Assembly: GCA_030390025.1 (NCBI GenBank)
Contig: JASTWF010000048.1
Span: 1,736,001-1,800,000 of the forward strand
DNA: 64,000 nt
Direction: 5' to 3'
Origin: Squalus acanthias
Taxonomy: Eukaryota
A program made the translations under genes and the position numbers. Of the stretch, positions 37,838 to 51,397 are shown in pieces. The number at the start of each line of letters is the position of its first letter. Positions within the stretch are counted from its first letter, which is position 1. The notes under the pieces are model-generated. The model was not told where the DNA came from, searched no databases, and saw nothing but the letters and a program-made list of their open reading frames with translations.

Positions 37838-38894
37838 CTTCTACTGGAAGCCTTTCTCTTAACAATGAAAGGAAAGAGAACAGGAGAGTTGAGTCTTGTG
37901 GGAGGCCAAACCCGCTCTTTTCAAATCATTGAGGAAAACATGAACAGAGTGAGGAAGTGATGCAGGGTTGGACACGCCCCATCTCCGATCGAACCAATCA
38001 GAATCAATGTGGTTGCTCATTAGCAATGACTGACTTGACCTCATGCCGTTATTATTCCCAACAGCGGTGTCTGTTTCTGATTGTCTATTTACTAATCAGA
38101 AATTCATTCATGCACATCTGGATTCCCAATTAGCCTCATCTGGATTCTCAGTTATTAATATCTTTATTCCAAGTTAGCCGCATGTGACTAGTGGCTAACA
38201 CATGGACAACACTGGTCTAACGTAAGCCCTTTTAATAACGTGAGGCAGTCGGTGCAACAAAATCCGGGTCACATCAGGGTGCTCATCTGTTCTATTCCAT
38301 GGTTAGGCCTATGACGTTCTGGAGGACTCAAAGACTCGCCCTTGACTGGGGAACTTGCAAACGGCCCCATTGTATTCAGTCTGCAGTGAACCCGTTCCAC
38401 ATCAGAGTTAGCACTCGATGAGCTGGAACATGAATGGCCACAGATATAGAGATTTCTGCGTGTGTTCTTAGTCAGAGATCTGAGCTCTGAGACTGTAGTG
38501 TTGAAGGTCCCGGAACTGGCGGGTGTAAAGGACAACGACCTTTACAATTCAGAAGAAACCACTGAATACACAATGCTTCGCCCCTCCCTCTCTGATTGGC
38601 CGCTCCACCCCTCCCTCTCTGATTTGCAGGAAGTGCAGTTGATGGGAGCAGAAAATTGCAAACGGGACATAGACATGTGTACTCGGCTCGTGGGGCTTAA
38701 TGGCCTCCTCCTGTTCCTATGTAACAGGGTCGAGTGGCTGAGTGGGCCTCCTCCTGTTCCTATGTAAAAGGGTCGAAAGGTAGAATGGGCCAACTCCTGT
38801 ACTTGTGTAACAAGCTCGAGGGGCTGAAAGGCCTCCTCCTGTTCCTGTGTAAAAAGCTCGAGGGGCTGAATGGCCTCCTACTATTCCTCATAAG

Positions 38895-40620
38895 AGATTG
38901 TTAGCTAACGTTGAAGGACAGGCAATTGAAGGCAAATTATTGACCTGATCATGGAATTGGCTGAGCGTCAGGAGACAGAGAGTTGAGATAATGGGCAGGT
39001 ACTCTAATTGGCATCATGTGACTAGTTGTTTCCCACAGGGATCTGTGTTGGGGCCTCATATCAAGTCACATATCAACGTTTTCCAATGACACAAAGATAG
39101 GGAGCATGGCACACAGAGTAGTGTCAGCATTGAATTACAAAGACATAATGGCCCAAAAATTAGTCCCGCTACGCGAGAGTACGCACTGTGTACTCTCGCG
39201 TATTCTGTCTCCAATTGCCGGTTTTCTGCATGCACTGCGCATGCGCTGAAAACTGGCACTTGGTGAATTCAAAAGGGATCGGTTCCTAGGTGAACCGCGT
39301 GTGCGCTACAGGCTGCGCGCACGCAGTGCACTTAGTGCTTTGAACGCGCAGGTAAGCATGGAACATTTTAGACATAAAGAAAGGAGGAGTAAGACCCTCT
39401 TTTAACAAGGTAAGTAGTTAATTAAGTATTATTTTGAATTTTTTTTAACAGGTATATCTTTTTTAGAGACTTTAAAGACAGGTAAGTTTATTTTTATAAC
39501 TTGTTAAAAGATTTTAAATTATTTCAAAAATTTAATTTTTTGTTTAAAATGGTTAATTTATTTAACTATACTTATTTTATTAATGTGATGGTTTTTTTTA
39601 AAATTTAATTGAGGTTTAGCTGTTCTATTGGGGGGTTATAGTATTCATAGCTTTCACAGCTGTGCTGTGAAAGCTATGAATGAAAGATGGTGTGCTGCCA
39701 TTGGCTCTAACTGAGTCACGTGATCCCACAGCTCGCACGAATTAACTACGCCTGTGGGATACGAAAGCCCTGCACAGCTGCTGTCCAGAACATCAAGTTC
39801 GTGCGTGCTGGGAATAAAAAAGCCAGCGCGCAGTGAGAGATCGCGGGGAAGCCTTACCCTCGCACGTAGGCTCACTCACTAATTTTTGGGCCATTAAAAG
39901 ATTAAGCGAGTGGGCAAAACTGCGGCAAATTGATTTCAATGTATGTAAGTGTGAGGTCATCCACTTTGGACGTGGAAAGGAATGATCAGAGAACTTTCTA
40001 AATGGTGAAAAGCTAGAAACAATGGAGCTCCAAAGAGACTTACGGCTCCATGTATATAGATCATTAAAATGTCAAGGACAGGTGCAGATCATTATCAAAA
40101 AGGCAAATGGAATTCTGGGTGTTATACCGAGATGACTAGGGAGTAGACGTTATGCTACAGCTTTACAAAGCGCTGGTTAGACCACAACAAGAGCACTGTG
40201 TTCAGTTCTGGGCACCATACCTTAGGATTTAACAGAATGATACATGGACGAGGAGTGATTACACAAACTTGGGGTTGTATTCCATAGAATTTAGAAGCTG
40301 TCAAGAAATTACAGGCAACTGATAGGGTAGATAGAGAGAAACTACCTCTGCTGGTTCGGGAGTCTTGGATAAGGGGACTTGGCGAGGTCTTTTGAGGCGT
40401 GATTTTAGCAAACATTTCTACATGCAAAGGGTGGCAGAAGTTAAAGCCTCTTCCACAAAGGGCGGCTGATGCTAGGTCAATTGTTAATTTCAAATCTGAG
40501 TTTGATAGATTTCTGTTAACCAAAGGTATTAAGAGATATGAGACAATGGCGGGCAATTGGAGTTAGGCAACAGTTCAGCCATGAACCCATTGAACAGGCT
40601 CAAGGGGCTAAAATGCCTGC
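38895..40620 (+). mobile_element. Degraded CR1-like LINE interrupted by a MITE
   Basis: PQGSVLGP remnant near 39030; LINE resumes after 39896. Confidence 0.7.
39148..39894. mobile_element. Non-autonomous DNA transposon (MITE) with 17-bp TIRs and probable TA TSD
   Basis: ATGGCCCAAAAATTAGT ... ACTAATTTTTGGGCCAT flanked by TA at 39146-47 and 39895-96. Confidence 0.85.
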
Positions 40621-40757
40621 TACTGCTCCTCTGAAAAAGCCTCGCACAGTGAATAGCCTCCTCCTGTTCTGATGCAACAGACTCGAGGAGGGCTAAACGA
40701 CCTCCTCCTGTTTCTGTGTAACAGACTCGAGGGTTGAGATGCTATCCTGCTTCTGTC

Positions 40758-42150
40758 ATAGAGTCATAGATTCTAGAGTCATAGATTCATAACTGCACAG
40801 AAGGAGGCCATTCGGCCCACCGAGTCCGTGCCGACTCACTGTAGGGCAATCTAGTCAGTCCCATTCCCCCGCTCTATCCCCGTAGCCCTGCAAGTTTATT
40901 TCCCTCAAGTGCCTATCCAGTCTCCCCTTTAAAACACTGAGTGTCTCCGCTTCCACCACTTCCATCGGCAGCGAGTTCCAGGTCCTCACCGCTCGCTGCA
41001 TAAACAAGATTTTCCTCACGACCCCCATGTATCTCTTGCCCATAACCTTAAATCTCTGTCCCCCTAGTCCTTGTAACATCAACTAGTGGGAACAGCCTTT
41101 CCCCGTCTAGCCTATCCAAACCCGTCATAATCTTGTACACCTCTATCAAATCACCCCTCAACCTCCTTTGCTCTAATGTAAACAAATCCAGCTTCTCCAA
41201 CCTGCCCTTGTAGATAAGATCCCCATTCCCGGAACCATTCTGGTAAATCTCCTCTGCAACCTCTCAAGGGACTTCACATCCTTCCTAAAGTGTGGTGACC
41301 AGAACTGAACTCAATACTCCAGTTGTGGCCTAACCAGCGCTTTATAAAAGGTTCAGCATAACTTCCCTACTTTTGTACTCAATACCTCTTTTTATGAAGC
41401 CCAAGATCTCATATGCTTTGTTAACCACTCTCTCAATATGTCCTGCCACCTTCAGGGACCTATGCACATTAACCCCCAGGTCCCTCTGTCCCTGCACACT
41501 CTTTAAAACAGTGCCATTAAGTGTATATTGCCTCTCTCTGTTCCTTCTGCCAAAATGCATCACATCACACTTCTCCGAATTATATTCCATCTGCCACTTG
41601 TCTGCCCATTCTGCCAGCCTTTCTATGTCCTGTTACAGTCGATTGGTATCATCATCACTGTTTGCCACTCCCCTAAGTTTGGTGTCATCGGTAAATTTAG
41701 AAATTCTACTCTGTATTCTAATATCCAGGTCATTTACATATATCAGAAAAAGCAGTGGCGCCAGCAGTGACCCTTGGGGAACACCACTGTCTACCATCCT
41801 CCAGTCTGAAAAATAGCCATTTACCACAACTCGCTGTTTTCTGTCCTTACGCCAATTCCTTATCCAAGCTGCCACTGACCCACCTCTTCCACGAGCCTCA
41901 ATTTTGTTAACCAGCCTTCTATGTGGTACTTTGTCAATCGACTTCCGAATATCCATGTAGACAACATCCATTGCATTCCCTTCATCAATGGTCCCTCTTA
42001 CTTCATCAAAAAATTCAATTAGATTAGTCCAAATATGATCTGCCTTTTACAAATCCGTGTTGGCTCTCCTTAATTAGCTTTATCCTCTCCAAGTGCCCTT
42101 TAACTTTTTCCTTGATTATTGTTTCTAAAACTTTAACCACCACTGATGTT
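40758..42150 (-). mobile_element. CR1-like LINE, RT region, antisense
   Basis: DVVYMD..DKVPH, SGVPQGS, KFTDDTK and EYKSREVML in minus ORFs; short tandem tail at about 40758-40790. Confidence 0.88.
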
Positions 42151-42711
42151 AAACCATATTACAAGCAACTGTGATTTTCAGGGCCCGAGCGCGCACTCTT
42201 TTCTCTCTGCGGAGAAAGAAAACACAGGATCAGTGTGTAAAATCCCAACAGTCTTTTAACTACCTTACCTTCTTTCTAACTTTTTTTCCTTGTTTCTTAC
42301 ATTTTTTCTCCCCTTCTTTCTTTCTTACTTTCTTTCTTACTATCTGTCTTTCTTCTTTCTTTCTTCTTTCTTACATTCTGTATTTCTTTCCTTCTACCAT
42401 CCTTTCTTTTCTGCCTTGTTCCTTTCTTTGTGTCATTCTATCTTTCTATCTTCCTTTTTTTGTTCCATCTTCCCTTCGTTCTATCGTTCTTCACTGCATC
42501 TAACTTAATCTTACTTTGCAACTTTTCAAATGCCTTTTTTGTCTTTTTCTCACTTTTATTCTAACTGGTCTCTTGATCTTGTCAAAAACCCGTTCGCTCT
42601 GCATCAAATAAAATCAACAGGACTCAGCGCAGCGCGGTTTTATCTCAAACAGGTGTTTCCTGCCGCCTTTGGGGTTTTTGTTCAGCTCCTCCATCTCTCT
42701 GAGTCACTGTG

Positions 42712-43232
42712 CAGACTCCAGGCGCAGTAATACACGGCCGAGTGATCCGGCTGCAGGCTGGAGGACTTCAGTTTGAACTCGTTGCCATTCGGTCGCTCGG
42801 CGGTAAAACCGTCCACCGCCCCCTCTGCAGTCACGCTTTGTACAACTGGTGAGTAAAACATCAACTGCGGCCCCGTCCCCGGGTCCTGTCTGTACCAGTA
42901 CATGGTACCGCTACTGGCGCCCTCCACCGTGCACTTTAGTTCCACTCCCTCCCCAGGAATATTGGAGAGAGCGGCGGGAGACTGGCGGACCGTCTCTGAG
43001 TTCACGTCTGGGAAAGAGACGGGGAGAGGAGGGGGTCAGTAAACAGGGGCATTCTGGGTTGTGGAGAAAGAAAGATGTAAAGAGCGAGAGAAAGAGAGAA
43101 TGAAGGAAACAACGAAGTAAAGAGAGCAAGAAAGAAAGACAGCAAGAGTAAAGAATGGTTATTAACAAAGATTATTGTTTGAAAAAATCACTTACATTGA
43201 AATAAGATTACGAGATTCAGTATCAGATTCAT
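42712..43232 (-). CDS. TRBV: Family 1 V, apparently functional
   Basis: Leader 43196-43232 (MNLILNLVILFQ); V exon 42712-43007 open; consensus 23-RSS 42673-42711. Confidence 0.9.
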
Positions 43233-43479
43233 CTTTTACTTTAAGCTTTACTTTGAACAATGAAATCAGCGAAAACAAGAGCGTTGAGTCTTGTATGGAT
43301 CCAACCTGCTCTTTTCAAATCATCCAGGAAACCATGTCGAGCGTAAGGAAGTGACGAATACTCCCCCCCTCTGATTGACAGCACCGCTCCTCCACTCCCA
43401 CGCTGATTCACAGCCCCGCCTCTCCCGCGCTGATTGACAATCCAGCCCCTCCCTCTCCGATTGGCAATAAGTGAGCAGA

Positions 43480-44350
43480 TGGGAGCAGGAAGTTGCAAAG
43501 GTGACCGAAACAGATTATGTGAATGAGCAAAACATTGGCAGGTGGAGTTTAATGTGGGCAAGTCTGAGGTCAGCCACGGTAGGCGGAAGGAAGACAGATC
43601 AGAGTGTTTTGTAACTGGTGAGAAGCTCGGAACTGTGCAGGAGCAAAGGCAATTAGTTGTTTAGGGACACACATCACTAAAAGTCAGGATAGAGCTGCCA
43701 AAAGGAATCAAAATGTCTAATGGGTTGTTGGCCTTTATGTCAAGGAGGCTGGAATACAAAAGTGAGGAAGTTATGCCTCAGTTGTGCAGAGCCCCGGTCA
43801 GACTCTGGAACACAACTTTCAGTTCTGGGCACCGCACCTCATGAAGGATACATTGACCTTGGAAGGATGCAACATAGATTCGCCTGAACGATACCGGGGC
43901 TGAGAGGGTTAAATTATGGGGGCAGGTTGCAGACACCAGGCTTGTATTTCCTTGAGTATAGAAGATTGAGGGGTGAACTGATTTCGCTTTTCTTAATGTT
44001 GAAAGGAGATTATAGGATAGAGAGATGGAGACTGAGTCCTCTGGTGGGGGAGTCCAGGACAACGAGGCATAACCTTACAATTAGTGCTGGGGTTTCAGGC
44101 TTGAGATTTGGAAGCACTTCTTCACAAAAAGGGTCGTGGAAATCTTAACACTTTCCCACGAAAGGCAATGGATGCTGGGGGTCAATCGAAGATTTGAAGA
44201 CTGAGATTAATAGATTTCAGTCTAGTTAGGGTGTGGCTAGATATGGAGTAAAGGCAGGTAGGTGGAGTTAAGATACAGATCAGATATAATCTAGTTGAGT
44301 GGCGGAGCGGGCTCGAAGGGCTGAATGGTCTCCTCCTGTTCCTGCGTTCC
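43480..44350 (+). mobile_element. Degraded CR1-like fragment co-duplicated with V units (also 46205-47085, 50450-51340, 54695-55585)
   Basis: LEYRRLRGELI..PLVGESRT motif repeated in four units. Confidence 0.8.
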
Positions 44351-44392
44351 TATTAAACCATCTTCCAGGCACTGGCGTGTTTCGTGATTCAA

Positions 44393-44410
44393 GAGCGCCC
44401 TCTACTGCCC
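44393..44410 (-). promoter_or_regulatory. CTCF-like site
   Basis: GGGCAGTAGAGGGCGCTC. Confidence 0.7.
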
Positions 44411-45446
44411 GTGTGGAGAACATCAATGCAAAATCAGTGTATGAAAACCCAAGTCTTTTTATTTGCTCTCTTTTTATTTTTCCATTATTATTTCCTTCTT
44501 TTCTTTCTTTCTTTCCCTCGGTCTTTCATTTCTTCATTTCTTCCTGCTTCTTATCTTTCTTTTCCCATTTGTTATTTGAATTTGTTTTGCTCAGAACCAG
44601 TTTCAACCACACTTTAAACCCAGTGCCCTCTGCTGACTGAATATGCTCAACAGTTCACCACAGGTTGGGTTGATGTTGGACCCTATCTTTTATTTATGAA
44701 GCCTACTTTTGCACTTCCACACAACAACAACTTGTATATATATAGCGCCTTTAACGTAGTCAAACGTCCCTCGTCGCTTCACAGGAGAGTTAGAAGAGAA
44801 AAATTCGAGACTGAGCCACAGAAGAGGAAATTAGGGCAGGTGACCAAAAGCTTGGTCAACGAGGAGGGCTTTAGGGAGCGTCTTAAACGAGGAAAGAGAG
44901 GTAGAGAGGCGGAGTGGAGTCGGGAGGGAATTTCAGAGCTTAGGGCCTAGGCAACAGAAGGCACGGCCACCGATGGTTGAGCGATTATAATCAGGGATGT
45001 TCAAGAGGGCAGAATTAGAGGAGTGCAGATATCTCAGGGGGATTTGAGGCTGAATGAGATTACAGAGTTAGGGAGGGCCGAGGCCATGGAGGGATTTGAA
45101 CACAAGAATGAGAATTATAATATCGAGCCTTCCTTTCATCTTTCTTACTTTCTGTCTTTCTTTCTTTCCATCATCCTTTCTTTTCTGCATTGTTTCTCTC
45201 TTTGTATCGTTCTATCTTTCAATCTTCCATTCTTTCTTTCATTCTTTCTTTTCAACTTTTCCAATGCCTTTTTTGTCTTTTTCTCATTTTAATGCTAAGC
45301 CGTCACTTCATCTTGTCAAAAACCCGTTTCACTCTGCATAAAATAAACCGAACAAGACTCAGCGCAGCGCGGCTTTAACTCAAACAGGTGTTTCCTGCCG
45401 CCTTTGGGGTTTTTGTTGAGCTCCTCCATCTCTCTGAGTCACTGTG

Positions 45447-45956
45447 AAGACTCCAGGCGCAGTAATACACGGCCGAGTGATTCGCCTGCAGGCTGGAGGA
45501 CTTCAGGTTGAACTCGTTGCCATTCGGTCGCTCGGCGGTAAAACCGTCCACCGTCCCCTCTGTAGTCACGCTTTGAACAACTAGGGAGTAAAACATCAAC
45601 TGCGGCCCTTTCCGCGGGTCCTGTCTGTACCAGTACATGTAACCGCTATTGGCACCCTCCACTTCGCACTTTAGTTCGACTCCCTCCCCAGTAAATTTGG
45701 AGACTGCGGCGGGAATCTGGCGGACAGTCTGTGAGTTCACGTCTGAGAAAGAGACAGGGAGAGGAGGAGGTCAGTAATCTGGGGCATTCTGGGTTGTGGA
45801 GAAACAAAGAAGTAAAGAACGAGAGAAAGAGAGAATGTAGGAAACAACGATGGAAAGAAAGAAAAGAAATAGTAAAGAAAGGTTATTGACAAACATCACT
45901 GTGTGAACCAATCACTTACATTGAAATAAGATCATGAGACTCAGTAACAGATACAT
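45447..45956 (-). CDS. TRBV: Family 1 V, apparently functional
   Basis: Leader 45920-45956; V exon 45447-45742 open; consensus 23-RSS 45408-45446. Confidence 0.92.
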
Positions 45957-47124
45957 CTTTTACTTTAAGATTTACTTTTAAAAATAAAATCAGCGAAAAC
46001 AAGAGCGTTGAGTCTTGTGAGGATCCAACACGCTCTTTTCAACTCTTTCAGGAAAACATGAAGAGTGTGAGGAAGTGACGCAGGCCCCCCGCCCCTCTCT
46101 GACTGACATCACCGCCCCTCCCACGCCCACGCTGGCTCACAGCCCCGCCCCTCCCACGCTGATTGACAGTCCAGCCCCTCCCCCTCTGTTTGGCAGTAAG
46201 TGGAGCAGACGGAGCAGGAAGTTACAAAGTTGCCTTAAAGAGCTTACGTGAATGACAAAAAATCAGCGGCAGGTAGAGTGTAACGTGGGCAAGTATCAGG
46301 TCATATACTGGGGGCCTGAGGAAGAAACATCAGAGTGTTTTCTAACTGATGAGAAGCTGGAAACTGTCGAGGAGCAAAGAGATTTAGTTGGCCCGGTACA
46401 CAAATCACTAAAAGCCAGGGTAGAGGTGCAAAAAGGAATCAAACAGCTTAATGCAATGTTGCCCTTTATGTCAAGCAGGTTGTAATACAAATGTGAGGAA
46501 GCTATGCTTCGGTTGTACAGAGCCCCGGTCAGACTCTGGAAGACTACTTTCAAGTCTGGGCACCGCACCTCAGGAAGGATACATTGACCTTGGAAGGAGT
46601 GCAACATAGATTCACCTGAACGATACCGGGGCTGAGAGGGTTAAATTATGGGGGCAGGTTGCATACACCAGGCTTGTATTTCCTTGAGTATAGAAGATTG
46701 AGGGGTGAACTGATTTCACTTTTCTTAATGTTGAAAGGAGATTATGGGATAGAGAGATGGAGACTGATTCCTCTGGTGGGAGAGTCCAGAACAACGAGGC
46801 ATAACTTTACAATTAGTGCTAGGGTTTCAGTGGTGAGATTAGGAAGCACTTCTTCACATAAAGTGTACTGGAAATCTTAACACTCTCCCACAAAAGGCTG
46901 TGGATGATAGTGTTCAATCGAAGATTTGAAGACTGAGATTAACAGATTTCAGTCGGGTTGGGGTGTGGCGGGATATGGAGTAAAGGCAGGTAGGTGGAGT
47001 TAAGATACAGATCAGTTATAATCTAGTTGAGTGGCGGAGCCGCCTCGAAGGGCTGAATGGTCTCCTCCTGTTCCTGCGTTCCTATTAAACCATCTTCCAG
47101 GCACTGGCGTGTTTCGTGATTCAA

Positions 47125-47142
47125 GAGCGCCCTCTACTGCCC
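47125..47142 (-). promoter_or_regulatory. CTCF-like site
   Basis: GGGCAGTAGAGGGCGCTC. Confidence 0.7.
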
Positions 47143-47454
47143 GTGTGGAGAACATCAAAGCAAAATCAGTGTTTGAAAACCCAAGTCTTTTTATTTGCTC
47201 TCTTTTTATTTTTCCATTATTATTTCCTTCTTTTCTTTCTTTCTTTCATTCCCTCGGTCTTTCATTTCTTCATTTCTTCCTGCTTCTTATCTTTCTTTTC
47301 ACGTTTGTTATTTTAATTTGTTTTGCTCAGAACCAGTTTCAACCACACTTTAAACCCAGTTCCCTCTGCTGACTGAATGCGCTCAACACTTCACCACAGG
47401 TTGGGTTGATGTTGGACCCTATCTTTTATTTCTGAAGCCTACTTTTGCACTTCC

Positions 47455-48290
47455 ACACAACAACAACAACAACTTGTATATGTGTAGCGCCTTTAAAGTA
47501 GTGAAACGTCCCTCGGCGCTTCACAGGAGAGTTAGAAGAGAAAAAATCGAGGCTGAGACACAGAAGAAGAAATTAGGGCAGGTGACCAAAAGCTTGGTCA
47601 ACGAGGAGGGCTTTAGGGAGCGTCTTAAACGAGGAAAGAGAGGTAGAGAGGCGGAGTGGAGTAGGATGGGAATTCCAGAGCTTAGGGCCTAGGCAACAGG
47701 AGGCACGGCCACCGATGGTTGAGCGATTATAATCAGGGATGCTCAAGAGGGCAGATTTAGAGGAGTGCAGATATCTCAGGGGGATTTGAGGCTGAATGAG
47801 ATTACAGAGATAGGGAGGGGCGAGGCCATGGAGGGATTTGAACACAAGAATGAGAATTATAAAATGGAGCCTTTGCTTAACAGGGAGCCAATGTTAGGAC
47901 ACGGGCAGCAGAGTTTTGGATGACCTCAAGTTTACGTTGGGTAGAACGTGGGATGCCAGGCAGGAATGCATTAGAATCATCAAGTCAACAGGTAACAACG
48001 GCATGGACGAGGGTTTCAGCAGCAGGTGAGTGGAGGCAGGGGCGGAGACGGGCGATGTTACGTAGGTGAAATTAAGTGGTCTTAATGATGGCACGGATAA
48101 GTGCCCGGAAGCTCATTTCGGGGTAAAATATGACACCAAGGTTGCGAACAGTCTGGTTCGGCCTCAGACAGATGCTATGGAAGGGATGGAGTCATTGGCT
48201 AGGGAACAGAGTTTGTGGCGGGGACCAAAGACAATGGCTTCAGTCTTCCCAATATTTAATTGGAGAAAATTTCTGCTCATCCAGCACTGC
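47455..48290 (-). mobile_element. L2-like LINE 3' fragment (also 44720-45130, 51705-52540, 55955-56790)
   Basis: FKSLHGLAPPYL...TIGGRA..GPKLWNS C-terminus; (GTT)n tail. Confidence 0.85.
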
Positions 48291-48699
48291 AAAGTGGAAA
48301 TATATTCTCTACCTCTAAGCTATCGAACCCCTTTCAGAATGTTGGCCTATCCTACGTTGAATATAGAAGATTCAGTGCTGAACTGATTGAGTTTTGTAAA
48401 TGTAAAAATCCGTTGATACGGTAGATAGAGAATAATTATTTCCTCTGTTGGGAGAGACCAGAATAGGGGGGAATAACCTTAAAGTTAGGATTAGATCGTT
48501 CAGGCGTTGTGTCAAAAACTACCTCTTCACACAATGGTTTTGGAAATATGGAACCGTTGAAGCAGAGGGTCAATGGGAGCTTTCAAGACTGAGATTGCTA
48601 AATATGTGTAAGCTTATTGAGGAATATGAAGCAAATGCGATTGGATAGAATGAAGATACACGTCAACCATGATCTAATTGGCTGACGGAGCAGACACGA

Positions 48700-49170
48700 A
48701 AAGCTGAATGGCCTCCTCTTCTTCCTATGTAACAGGCTCGAGGGGCTGAATGGCCTTCCACTGTTCCTATGTAACAGGTTCGAACAACTACATGGCCTCC
48801 TCCTGTTCGTATGTAACAAGCTGGAGAGGCTGAATGGGCCTCCTCTTGCTCCTGTGTAACAGGCTCGAGGGGCTGCATGGCTTCCTCCTGATCCTGTGTA
48901 CCAGGCTCGAGGTGCTGAATGGCTTCCTCCTGTTCCTGTGTAACAGGCTCGAGAGGCTGAATGGCCTTCTCCTGTTCCTGTGTAACAGACTCGAGTGGCT
49001 GAATGGCCTCCTCCTAATCCTGTGTAACAGGCTCGTGTGGCTGAATGAGCCTACTGCTGTTCCTGTGTAACAGGCTCGTGTGGCTGAATGAGCCTACACC
49101 TGTACCTGTGTACACGGTCCCAAGGGGGCTTAGTCGCCTTCTCCTGTTCCTATGTAACAGGCTGACCGGG
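48700..49170 (+). repeat. 42-bp LINE-tail minisatellite
   Basis: About 11 tandem units; duplicated at 52950-53420. Confidence 0.9.
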
Positions 49171-49699
49171 ACTGGATGACCTCCATCTATTCCATATTAA
49201 ATCATATTACAAGCAAACGTGGGTTTCATGGTCCTAGAGCTCCCGCTGTAGTCTCTGTGGAGAAAGAACACACAGTGTCAGTGTGTAAAAGCCCGAAAGT
49301 CTTTTTACTTCATTTCCTTCATTTTTTCTTTCTTTCCTTGTTTCTTACATTTTTTCTTCATGTCTTTCTTCCTTCCTTTCTGTCTTTCTTCTTTCTTACA
49401 TCTTTCTTACTTTCTGTATTCTTTCTTTCTTTCCATCATCCTTTCTTTTCTGCATTGTTTCTCTCTTTGTATCGTTCTATCTTTCAATCTTCCATTCTTT
49501 CTTTTCAACTTTTCCAATGCCTTTTTTGTCTTTTTCTCATTTTAATGCTAAGCCGTCACTTCATCTTGTCAAAAACCCGTTCACTCTGCATAAAATAAAC
49601 CCAACAGGACTCGGCGCAGCGCGGTTTTAACACAAGCAGGTGTTTCCTGCCGCCTTTGGGGGTTTTTGTTGCGCTCCTCCATCTCTCTGAGTCACTGTG

Positions 49700-50206
49700 C
49701 AGACTCCAGGCGCAGTAATACACGGCCGAGTGATTGGCCCGCAGGCTGGAGGACTTCAGGTTGATCTCGTTGCCATTCGGTCGCTCGGCGGTAAATCCGT
49801 CCACCGCCCCCTCTGCAGTCACGCTTTGAACAACTAGGGAGTAAAACATCAACAGCGGCCCTTTCCGCCGATCCTGTCTGTACCAGTACATGTAACCGCT
49901 ATCGGCGCCCTCCACTTCGCACTTTAGTTCGACTCCCTCCCCAGTAAATATGGAGACTGCGGCGGGAATCTGGCGGACAGTCTGCGAGTTCACGTCTGAG
50001 AAAGAGACGGGGAGAAGAGGTCAGGAATCATGTGCATTCTGGTTTGTGGAGAAACAAAGAAGTAAAGAACGAGAGAAGGAGAGAATGAAGGAATCAACGA
50101 TGGAAAGAAAGAAAAGAAATAGTAAAGAAAGTTTATGAACAAAGATTATTGTATGAACCAATCACTTACATTGCAATAAGATCATGAGACTCAGTAACAG
50201 ATACAT
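49700..50206 (-). CDS. TRBV: Family 1 V, apparently functional
   Basis: Leader 50170-50206; V exon 49700-49995 open; 23-RSS 49661-49699. Confidence 0.88.
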
Positions 50207-51379
50207 CTTTTACTTTAAGATTTACTTTTAAAATGAAATAGCGAAAACAAGAGCGTTGAGTCTTGTGAGGATCCAAGCCGCTCTTTTCAACTCTTTCAGG
50301 AAAACATGAAGAGTGTGAGGAAGTGATGCAGCCCCCCGCCCATCTCGGACTGACATCACCGCCCCTCCACACCCACGCTGGCTCACAGCCCCGCCCCTCC
50401 CACGCTGATTGACAGTCCAGCCCCTCCCTCTCTGTTTGGCAGTAAGTAGAGCAGACGGGAGCAGGAAGTTGCAAAGTTGCCCTAAACAGCTTATGTGAAT
50501 GACAAAAAAACAGCGGCAGGTAGAGTTTAACGTGGAACGTGGGCAAGTATGAGGTCATCCACTGGGGGCCTGAGGAAGAAACATCGGAGTGTTTTCTAAC
50601 TGATGAGAAGCTGGAAACTGTCGAGGAGCAAAGAGATTTAGTTGGCCAGGTACACAAATCACTAAAAGCCAGGATAGAGGTGCAAAAAGGAATCAAGGAG
50701 ATTAATGGAATGTAGGCCTTTATGTCAAGGAGGCTGGAATACAAAAGGGAGCAAGTTATGCTTCGGTTGTAACAGAGCCCCGGTCAGACTCTGGAACACT
50801 ACTTTCAGTTCCGGGCACCGCACCTCATGAAGGATACATTGATCTTGGAAGGAGTGCAAAATAGATTCACCTGAACGATACCGGGGCTGAGAGGGTTAAT
50901 TTATGGGGGCAGGTTGCATGCACCAGGCTTGTATTTCCTTGAGTATAGAAGATTGAGGGGTGAACTGATTTCACTTTTCTTAATGTTGAAAGGAGATAAT
51001 GGGATAGAGAGATGGAGACTGATTCCTCTGGTGGGAGAGTCCAGAACAACGAGGCATAACTTTACAATTAGTGCTAGGGTTTCAGTGTTGAGATTAGGAA
51101 GCACTTCTTCACATAAAGTGTACTGGAAATCTTAACACTCTCCCACAAAAGGCTGTGGATGATAAGGTTCAATCGAAGATTTGAAGACTGAGATTAACAG
51201 ATTTCAGTCGGGTTGGGGTGTGGCGGGATATGGAGTAACGGCAGATAGGTGGAGTTAAGATACAGATCAGATATAATCTAGTTGAGTGGTGGAGCGGGCT
51301 CGAAGGGCTGAATTGTCTCCTCCTGTTCCTGCGTTCCTATTAAACCATGTTTCAGGCACTGGCGTGTTTCGTGATCCAA

Positions 51380-51397
51380 AAGCGCCCTCTACTGCCC
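51380..51397 (-). promoter_or_regulatory. CTCF-like site
   Basis: GGGCAGTAGAGGGCGCTT. Confidence 0.7.

Noticed and set aside
48700-49170. Regularly spaced repeats resembling a CRISPR array
   Set aside because: Head-to-tail units without unique spacers, eukaryotic context, no cas genes
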